From Candidatus Thorarchaeota archaeon (GTDB taxonomy: Archaea; Asgardarchaeota; Heimdallarchaeia; Hodarchaeales; Hodarchaeaceae), in contig JBHLRO010000003.1 in assembly GCA_048882505.1 (NCBI GenBank), positions 90,001-122,000 of the forward strand: a stretch of DNA of 32,000 bases, written 5' to 3'. A model generated the notes under the pieces. The model saw only the letters and a program-made list of their open reading frames with translations, was not told where the DNA came from and did not search any database. This document shows, one piece after another, positions 26,201 to 32,000 of the stretch. How positions within the stretch are numbered: the stretch's first letter is position 1; each line of letters opens with the position of its first letter. A program made the position numbers and the translations under genes.

Positions 26201-27056
26201 TGAAGACAATCTTCCAGATTTCCCAAGGAGTCAGAAACGGCATTTTAAAGTAGGCATTGCCCAAATTGGGATTTCAAATAGTGGAGATTTCCTGAATGAA
26301 TTCTATGACAGAAAAAATAACGGATTAATTAGACTAAAACAAAATAAAATTGAATTCATGAGATCTAAAGTAAATGATATGATTACAAGGGCACACGCGA
26401 ACGAAGTCGATATTCTCATCTTCCCTGAACTCTCTATTGATCTAAATTATGAAATTCTCTATAATGAAATTTTGAATCTTTCGAAATCGTACGGAATGTA
26501 CATAATTCCTGGATCGTATCACGATGAAAGTACAAAATATAATCAGAGTGTAGTTATTGGTCCTGATGGTATCCTATGGAGACAAAATAAGCACATACCT
26601 GCCGTAATTCACCTAGATGGAAGAAAAGTGACCGAGGAGATCGATGTTGGTGGCCCAGTTCATAAGACATTGATCTTTAACACGGAGTACGGCCGTATTG
26701 CAATAGCAATCTGCAGAGATTTCTTAGATATGGATTTGAGGGTAGAACTCAAGAACTCGAAACCCCCTGTAGATCTAATAATTAATCCGGCATTCACTCC
26801 AGTAACGGAGGATTTCAAAGCTGCTCATTTTGATGCTCGAAGATCAATTTATGCATACTGTTTCTTTGCCAATGTTGCAGAGTTTGGAAATTCTCTTATA
26901 TTTACCCCTGAAAAGGAACGAAAAGAAAGAATCATGCCACCTAAAAAAGAGGGAATTATTATCAAAGAAGTAGACTTATTTACACTTCGTTCAGAAAGAA
27001 AAAGATGGGAAAATGAACGAAGAAAGACAAAATCATTTATTCAAAGTACACGGTAA
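23268..27056 (+). CDS. Giant alpha-helical (TPR/SNAP-like) repeat protein with C-terminal carbon-nitrogen hydrolase domain (protein B, ~1262 aa)
   Basis: About 950 aa of Ala/Tyr/Glu-rich helical repeats, a Ser-rich linker, then VGIAQIG, LIFPEL (Glu), RQNKHIP (Lys), AIAICRD (Cys), NVAEFGNS. C-terminal ~290 aa closely similar to protein A. ATG 23268 (TTG 23265 alternative). Confidence 0.85.
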   Translation: MEKARGEEKNLNWIKAAILYGQAKEEYLKDEEVELAANACYRQGYTYTRCAETAGGANEFEEHFQSSIESYNEAADLFSWIDALPEKWACLAESAFSAAFISKSIPEMLEAFENAYELFLEANKGYSIRNDTKHYIRTYVRAAMTLSNLIPYRNNPDEINRVRQEGREIIDKIWNIAIEQRDAFSLSQSLFADHLLKYYEWFIGLSKKDHYWKRSEEETINKLEEAIPIIEANDNPTYLEMSYHVAGLTNNTYGFQFVENDKEQNKFAELGFSYFRRAESLNKKTKNKLLNTLTTAWTDWWALFWGRVEYLQNRIQDDLAALENNAKIMYQSFTNFNFYANFLPTFAYANFAQRSFFSSSQRRQFAEMANKYALECLRIIPSSPISLWPLQMQTWAYSQLTILASDAPERQMNARIMLQYAERGENFAKNYEGGFARASAFSSLYRCYKTLAEISKDEEYRIEYLTKAIDAMEKYADYALESRVGVINAQFRIGLLYGELYEITGQSNLLKKLRDLFQSILNDCNERGYFSYSAAASENLAHIEDKLGNFNLSTDYYVRAREKHTQSLEKIEYRPLREKIVEKINYTNAWALIESAKTHHKREDQQKAEAEYLTASKILINLPDHSYEAPYFEALALQEKAEYLSSKENYQNSQSEFLKGQMAFTNALNAFNQAIKDIDNNKERDRINKMISLTNLGISYCSARSSIDNAQILWKKGDLIPAAEQMKSAASLFKETPISSETRREQRKFNAFNYLCQAWENMITAEKYADSEKYQSASGLFKSANDLLLDSRIKFLASGNAFFCQSLANGCKFDESNDLKIKEELFIEIKSLLRNAAILYQKGDFITASGWVLATSTYFDATWHLIKADKEIELDKKQTLLRIGSSYLKSAAGLFRKHGFVEKENEVQTRISMVEKEEQILVTAINTIKEPSISRSTKSMSSSTNLGVSSLPSGMSEIRKFTEEARRVSILREYQLIYEDNLPDFPRSQKRHFKVGIAQIGISNSGDFLNEFYDRKNNGLIRLKQNKIEFMRSKVNDMITRAHANEVDILIFPELSIDLNYEILYNEILNLSKSYGMYIIPGSYHDESTKYNQSVVIGPDGILWRQNKHIPAVIHLDGRKVTEEIDVGGPVHKTLIFNTEYGRIAIAICRDFLDMDLRVELKNSKPPVDLIINPAFTPVTEDFKAAHFDARRSIYAYCFFANVAEFGNSLIFTPEKERKERIMPPKKEGIIIKEVDLFTLRSERKRWENERRKTKSFIQSTR

Positions 27057-27095
27057 GCCCAGGTGTCGCTTGGAACAGACATAAGCTTAAACCTG

Positions 27096-27584
27096 CTATA
27101 TCGAGGATTCTTTATACCAGTTATTCTCTATGCACACACCAAAGTCTTTCCCAGGATTAGCAAGTTCGAGTTTATCATTCAGGTGATTATCGCTTAATAA
27201 CTTCAAAGTAATGCGCGCTCTAAAGCCATCTGGAAGATTTTCATTTTCCTGCGTTAGAAAAACCAGTTCTTTATTTGTAACAGACAAACCTTTAAGTGTA
27301 TAATCTGTAAAATAACCCTCGCTATAAAAGACTCTCAATTTCCCAATTTTCTTGTTTGAATCGTAGCTATAGAATTCCCAGTCTTCATGGACTTCACCCT
27401 CAGGATTTTTCTCCTGAGGTTCAAAAACAACTTTATTCTTACCTTGGAAAAACCTTCCTTGAATAATTGGTTTGAAATCCCTTACTCCTTTTCCTAACCC
27501 CGATTTTCCATCAGTCTCGCCTTTCCATCTCCCTTCTAACTTAGATAATACATTCCAATATGATTCTTTGCTATACTCTTCCAT
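27096..27584 (-). CDS. Hypothetical beta-barrel protein (nitrobindin/FABP/lipocalin-like)
   Basis: LSKLEGRWKG lipocalin-type GxW motif, HEDWEFYSYD, alternating beta-strand pattern. Confidence 0.5.
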   Translation of the reverse strand: MEEYSKESYWNVLSKLEGRWKGETDGKSGLGKGVRDFKPIIQGRFFQGKNKVVFEPQEKNPEGEVHEDWEFYSYDSNKKIGKLRVFYSEGYFTDYTLKGLSVTNKELVFLTQENENLPDGFRARITLKLLSDNHLNDKLELANPGKDFGVCIENNWYKESSI

Positions 27585-27710
27585 TAGACATCTATCCAAG
27601 AATTTGATAAGACTTAATTATATACTACGGGCCTTTTCCCAACAATAAGAAGTTTGTCCATAGACCCAACATTTTACATCTGAAAATCTATTCAAATCTT
27701 AAAAAAATTT

Positions 27711-28751
27711 ATGAGGTTCCCCCATATTATGAATCCTTTCGTTCCGACAGATCTGTTGGACATTCCTGCGATTGCGTTTTTCAAATACAGGAATAATGGG
27801 ACAATTGATGACCCCATTGATGCCAAAACCGTAAAGCGTTATCTCGCGTTTTATAGGAAAAATCCAAGAAAACTCTTCGTTACAAAGGAAAGGATCAATG
27901 GCGATAAATTAGAGTGGATACCCACAAAACTTCAACGAGGATTTCAGCTTTCAAAGGCCATCGTTAAAACACCGTATCAGCCAATTGTGAAGGATATTCT
28001 GGCGCTACCCAAATTTCATCCCGTTAAGCAGCTCCGACTTCAGCGTTACAAAAAAAACATACGGGATGGTAAGAAAAACTGTATACTGTTTATTCATGGA
28101 TATGCCGAAGGAACTTTCTTTTTTCACGAACAGAGTTATTTTTGGATTTTTAACCAGTTACTAGATAGCGATATCTATGCGATGGAACTCCCCCACCATC
28201 ATGCTAGACAACCCACAGACTCTCCGTTTTCAGGTGCCTATTTTTTGAATGGCAATCCGGTCCGAATGCTGGAAGCGTTCCGCCAATCGATTCAAGAAAT
28301 ATGTATATTCGCACGATATTTGAAAGAGCAATACGATAATGTCGCGATATTTGGGGTTTCCTTGGGAGGACACTTGACAGCTTTATCCTCACAGTTCATT
28401 GATTCAGTTCGGATAATTGCCGCGCTAGCTAGTCCCTTTCTATTTAGATTAAATCCAAAAATTGCCCCCGTTTCGAAATCTCTGGTTTCAAAACTTAAAA
28501 CTGAGGGTTTATTAGGATGGTATAAAATCCTATACGCTTGTAATATGAAATACTTTTATCCTTTCACCACAAATCAAAAAACTGCGATAATAGGCGGCCG
28601 CTATGACAGAATCGTACCTTTTCCTCGCGTACAGAGCCTGGCCAACATGCTTCAAAAGCCCCTTTTTGCTTATCCTGGAGGCCACATTTCTCTAGTTTTT
28701 TGGGTATGGCCTCTCCTTCGCAAGATCGACCATTTTTTCGACTCAGGGTAG
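27711..28751 (+). CDS. Alpha/beta hydrolase (serine esterase/lipase-like)
   Basis: LFIHGY oxyanion motif, nucleophile elbow GVSLGG, Asp in GGRYDRIVP, His in YPGGHIS. Confidence 0.88.
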   Translation: MRFPHIMNPFVPTDLLDIPAIAFFKYRNNGTIDDPIDAKTVKRYLAFYRKNPRKLFVTKERINGDKLEWIPTKLQRGFQLSKAIVKTPYQPIVKDILALPKFHPVKQLRLQRYKKNIRDGKKNCILFIHGYAEGTFFFHEQSYFWIFNQLLDSDIYAMELPHHHARQPTDSPFSGAYFLNGNPVRMLEAFRQSIQEICIFARYLKEQYDNVAIFGVSLGGHLTALSSQFIDSVRIIAALASPFLFRLNPKIAPVSKSLVSKLKTEGLLGWYKILYACNMKYFYPFTTNQKTAIIGGRYDRIVPFPRVQSLANMLQKPLFAYPGGHISLVFWVWPLLRKIDHFFDSG

Positions 28752-28775
28752 ATTGGCCTTACTAATAAGATTCCA

Positions 28776-28791
28776 TTTTTTCTCCTTTTTT
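28776..28791 (+). terminator. T-rich tract after the alpha/beta hydrolase
   Basis: TTTTTTCTCCTTTTTT 25 nt after the stop. Confidence 0.45.
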
Positions 28792-28973
28792 CCAAAGTGT
28801 TCCTGCCTGTTTTCATATCAGAAGAACACTCCCATATGCCTTATGCGTGGATTCTTCTTCCTCTAGATCCTACAAAGCTAATTGAACCAAACTATGGCCA
28901 ATATCCTTTTAAAAACAGGTCCTAAAAGTGCTTCCTGTCCAATGAGTATCCCCATAATGGGATTAGCGAGAAA

Positions 28974-29807
28974 ATGGAATTCATAAAAGGGAAAAACAAA
29001 GACGGATTTATCCGTGAGAATACAATCGAATTTGCTTTTTCGGATCGTCTCTCCGCATTTGATCGGATTGTTGGAGAGACACTGGGAAGGGGTCAGGTTC
29101 TCGCCGAGTGTACACGAGTAATCTTCAAATATTTATCCCGGAATAATGTCGCCACAGCTTTATTGGACGAGGGTCAGAAAAACGTCATCATCCAACGCAA
29201 ATGCAAACCTTTGGATTTTGAGTTTATTTTAAGAAACCTCCTAACGGGATCAGCATTAAAGAGGGCTAAAATGGGGGTATTAAAGCTACCTGCAGGAATG
29301 GATACGTCAGAATATGCTCTTTTCCCTGAAACATTTGTTGAAGTTAGTACCAAGAGGGAAACTAAGGACCGTTACGGGTTATCTGAAGAAGAAATTCAAA
29401 CCATCATGGTGAATTCCTTTTCCAATTTATCTGGGGAAGAAGGACTTTATTTATTCAAACAAGCATTAGAAAGGGCAAAAGAGATCGCCCAGTTGCTTAC
29501 AAATCTATTCCGGAAGTCCGAGTTATTTCTAATTGATGGAAAAGTTGAATTTGGGGTGTCAGATTCAGGCCAATTATGTTTAATCGACAGTTTCGGACCC
29601 GATGAATTTAGAGTTGCGGAATTGACCTGGGCAAATGGGCCTCGAGATACGGATCCTGATTTCTTGGACAAAGAATTTATCAGGAAATATCTCGAAGGAA
29701 AAACTGAATCTGAATATGCAGAAATTTTACTGAAATACGGTCCTACTCTTGTTTCACGGTATAGTACAGTCACCAATCGATTGAAGGAAGCAAGTGGGTT
29801 ATATTGA
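28974..29807 (+). CDS. purC: Phosphoribosylaminoimidazole-succinocarboxamide (SAICAR) synthase
   Basis: KGKNKD, FSDRLSAFD, EFILRNLLTGS, EVSTK, LIDGKVEFG, IDSFGPDEFR, LDKEFIR. First gene of the pur cluster. Confidence 0.92.
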   Translation: MEFIKGKNKDGFIRENTIEFAFSDRLSAFDRIVGETLGRGQVLAECTRVIFKYLSRNNVATALLDEGQKNVIIQRKCKPLDFEFILRNLLTGSALKRAKMGVLKLPAGMDTSEYALFPETFVEVSTKRETKDRYGLSEEEIQTIMVNSFSNLSGEEGLYLFKQALERAKEIAQLLTNLFRKSELFLIDGKVEFGVSDSGQLCLIDSFGPDEFRVAELTWANGPRDTDPDFLDKEFIRKYLEGKTESEYAEILLKYGPTLVSRYSTVTNRLKEASGLY

Positions 29808-30667
29808 CCTCGTTTATAGAAAGGAACCTCCATAAATGCATGGATGGGAATAAACTTTCCGAGATCATTTTATCCCAGGTCAAAGACGATATTCAAGGGA
29901 AGAAGTACAGCCCTCGACTTGCTGCTATTATTGTGGGGAACGATCCGAGCCTGTATACCTATCAGCGAATGAAAGAGAAAAAATGCGCCGAGGTAGGAAT
30001 CCGCTATTCTCTATACGTCTATAAAAAACCCCCCTCCCAAGAAGAACTAACCACCAAGATCAGACAGATGAATGACGATCCTGATGTCACAGGCGTAATG
30101 GTACAACTTCCCCTGCCTTCAGACTGGAATGAGAACAGAATCTTGGAGCTAATAGAAACTGAAAAGGATGTGGATGGTTTAAATTATGTAAACATCGGGA
30201 GATCTCTCTATAACTCCAATGTTTTTGTCCCTTGTGCGGCGGAAGGCATTATGACAATGTTGAAACACTATCACATCCCGATTGAAGGGAAAAAGGCGGT
30301 TGTTTTAGGGAGAGGACGTTTATTGGGAACTCCAGTTGCCATGCTTCTGGAACATAATGATGCATTTGTCACAAAAATCCATTCAGTGGTGAATCAAACG
30401 GATATTGAAAGAGAGTTAAAAGCTGCAGATATAGTAATTTCAGCAACAGGAAAACCTTGTTTTATTAAAGCTTCTATGTTAAAGGAAGGCGTCATTACCA
30501 TCGATTGTGGTAATACGCGTCAAGAGAGGGAGTTCGAGGACCGTGTATTTGAAATTGCTTCGCATTTTTCAACAACTCCAGGAGGCGTAGGTCCGATGAC
30601 CATTGCAATTTTGATAAATAATACGTTAAAGGCATATAAACACTTACACGGAGTTGAGGATGAATGA
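29804..30667 (+). CDS. folD: Methylenetetrahydrofolate dehydrogenase/cyclohydrolase
   Basis: YxxxK (YQRMK), GVMVQLPLP, EKDVDG, PCAAEG, ADIVISATG, PGGVGPMT. TTG start overlapping the purC stop, or ATG 29840. Confidence 0.95.
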   Translation: MTSFIERNLHKCMDGNKLSEIILSQVKDDIQGKKYSPRLAAIIVGNDPSLYTYQRMKEKKCAEVGIRYSLYVYKKPPSQEELTTKIRQMNDDPDVTGVMVQLPLPSDWNENRILELIETEKDVDGLNYVNIGRSLYNSNVFVPCAAEGIMTMLKHYHIPIEGKKAVVLGRGRLLGTPVAMLLEHNDAFVTKIHSVVNQTDIERELKAADIVISATGKPCFIKASMLKEGVITIDCGNTRQEREFEDRVFEIASHFSTTPGGVGPMTIAILINNTLKAYKHLHGVEDE

Positions 30668-31392
30668 AGATTGGTGTTTTAGCCAGTGGTGGAGGTTCAA
30701 ATCTCCAATCAATTATTAACGCCTGTGAAAGTGACTACATTCCCGACTCAAGAGTAGAACTAGTAATCAGTAATAAAAAAGATGCTTATGCCCTAGAACG
30801 GGCCAAGAAACATGAGATAGAGTCCATGTGGTTAAAACCACCCCTGGGTATGAAAAAATTTCAGAAAGGAGGGAATTTGGCTGAAATTCTGGCTGATCCA
30901 GTCAGGCAGAAATATGATACACAAATCAAAAAAGCCCTGCTTGACCTTCACATTGATGTTCTCTGCATGGCAGGATATATGCTCTTTGCTACTCCAATTC
31001 TTTTGGATAATTGGGATATTATTAACATACATCCAGCGCTTCTCCCTGCGTTTCCGGGTATGCATGGAGTTCAGGATGCATGGGATTATGGTACACAGGT
31101 GATAGGCTGTACTACTCACTTTGCTGATCAAAAGATGGATCACGGCGCAATAATACTCCAGGCAACAACTCCTGTATTCCCAGGGGAAGATCCTAAGGCT
31201 TTGGCCGATAGAAATCTTAGACGGGAACACTTGATTTATCCCGAATCGCTGAGATTATACCAACAAGGCCTTTTAACAAGAAAAGGAAGAAGAATTACAA
31301 TTGAATGGGATGAAACCCATTACTTGTTTCACCAAGAATTGTTAGAATTATGGAGGAATGATTTTCATGATTACTATAATAGCAGGCAGTAG
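30664..31392 (+). CDS. purN: Phosphoribosylglycinamide formyltransferase
   Basis: GVLASGGGSNLQSI, AGYM, INIHPALLPAFPG, GCTTHF, MDHGAII. ATGA overlap with folD. Confidence 0.95.
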   Translation: MKIGVLASGGGSNLQSIINACESDYIPDSRVELVISNKKDAYALERAKKHEIESMWLKPPLGMKKFQKGGNLAEILADPVRQKYDTQIKKALLDLHIDVLCMAGYMLFATPILLDNWDIINIHPALLPAFPGMHGVQDAWDYGTQVIGCTTHFADQKMDHGAIILQATTPVFPGEDPKALADRNLRREHLIYPESLRLYQQGLLTRKGRRITIEWDETHYLFHQELLELWRNDFHDYYNSRQ

Positions 31393-31741
31393 AAGCGATG
31401 AAAAAATTGTGAAAAAGGTAACTGAAGTGTTGGAAAATAAAGTAGAATTCGCAATTCATTATGCCTCATGTCATCGAAACCCTGAAGTAGTGGATAGGGT
31501 TATTTCTGAGTCTTCAGCACAGGTTTTCATTTGTATTGCTGGTCTGGCTGCTGCTTTACCTGGTTATGTGGCGGCTCGGACAGAAAAACCAGTTATAGGT
31601 GTTCCTGTTTCAGGGGTACTTAATGGATTAGATGCTCTGCTATCGATTGCTCAACTACCCAAAGGGGTTCCCGTGGCCTGTGTAGGTATAGATAATGGAC
31701 AGAATGCTGGCCTCTTGGCATTAAGGATTTTGGAAAAATGA
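31367..31741 (+). CDS. purE: AIR carboxylase / N5-CAIR mutase
   Basis: GSRSD, SCHRNP, AGLAAALPG, PVIGVP, GLDALLSIAQLPKGVPVA. GGAGG at 31352-31356 favours ATG 31367 (31358 alternative). Confidence 0.95.
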   Translation: MITIIAGSRSDEKIVKKVTEVLENKVEFAIHYASCHRNPEVVDRVISESSAQVFICIAGLAAALPGYVAARTEKPVIGVPVSGVLNGLDALLSIAQLPKGVPVACVGIDNGQNAGLLALRILEK

Positions 31742-32000
31742 TTCACCCATTTGAAGAGCGGTACCGAACCTCAGTGGCGGACCTGTTTGAGGAGGAAGCC
31801 AGAATAGGATTTATGGTTGATGTCGAAGTTGCTTTGGCCCAAGCCCATTATAATCTGGGAGTTATTACCGAAGATGAGTATCGCCGCATTAGTGAAGCCG
31901 CCAAATCGGTAACCGCTCAAAAGGTAAAAGATATTGAAAAAATAACCCACCATGACATCATGGCCTTGGTACAGGCCCTAACTGAAGCCTCAGAGTGTGA
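31738..32000 (+). CDS. purB: Adenylosuccinate lyase (3' truncated by window edge; not in the ORF track)
   Basis: ATGA overlap with the purE stop. Translation MIHPFEERYRTSVADLFEEEARIGFMVDVEVALAQAHYNLGVI...IEKITHHDIMALV matches the PurB N-terminus (RY, VE.ALA, T.HD..A). Open to the window end. Confidence 0.92.
   Translation, partial: MIHPFEERYRTSVADLFEEEARIGFMVDVEVALAQAHYNLGVITEDEYRRISEAAKSVTAQKVKDIEKITHHDIMALVQALTEASEC

Noticed and set aside
8372-27056. Recent duplication, gene conversion or mobile-element insertion explaining the two nitrilase cassettes
   Set aside because: Synonymous sites are heavily diverged, and there are no terminal repeats, transposase or integrase near either gene.
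209-31953. Many 60-135 aa antisense or alternate-frame ORFs in the track (e.g. 209-460, 800-1135, 5577-5984, 7629-8165, 14218-14613, 29447-29833, 30832-31230, 31771-31953)
   Set aside because: They overlap confidently identified genes, have no motifs, and look like shadow ORFs. 31771-31953 is antisense to purB.
1-32000. CRISPR array, tRNA/rRNA genes, programmed frameshifts at A-runs
   Set aside because: No regularly spaced repeats or cloverleaf/rRNA signatures were seen. All recognisable proteins are complete in a single frame.

Overview
Gene-dense archaeal-type chromosomal window with no tRNA, rRNA, CRISPR array or mobile element that I can see. An Asgard archaeon is my inference, not a database result. 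It rests on archaeal-type PheS/PheT, AGGTGA/GGAGG ribosome-binding sites, T-tract terminators, a longin-like-domain protein beside a V4R-like protein, large TPR proteins, and folate-dependent purN/folD plus a PlsC-like acyltransferase in an archaeal context. Gene order: pheS (5' truncated)-pheT-HAD phosphatase-DinB; SCP2; thiolase-3-hydroxyacyl-CoA dehydrogenase/enoyl-CoA hydratase; TPR-nitrilase protein A (-); membrane C13 peptidase; a minus-strand run (ACAD10/11-type acyl-CoA dehydrogenase, APH-type kinase, pseudo-nucleotidyltransferase-PTP fusion, multi-longin-like protein, V4R-like protein, DUF420-like protein, metal-site-degenerate M24 enzyme, PlsC-like protein); CMD/AhpD; RlmF/METTL16-like methyltransferase (-); giant helical-repeat-nitrilase protein B (+); beta-barrel protein (-); alpha/beta hydrolase; purC-folD-purN-purE-purB (3' truncated). 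The most striking observation is a pair of large proteins 12 kb apart. They have unrelated helical-repeat N-termini fused to the same ~290-aa nitrilase-fold cassette, which keeps an intact Glu-Lys-Cys triad and shows strong purifying selection. This looks like a swappable sensor-effector family. Next in interest are the longin-like/V4R locus, the split ACAD10/11 pair, the pseudo-NTase-PTP fusion and a repeated operator-like motif around the SCP2/beta-oxidation genes. All domain calls come from motif reading only.
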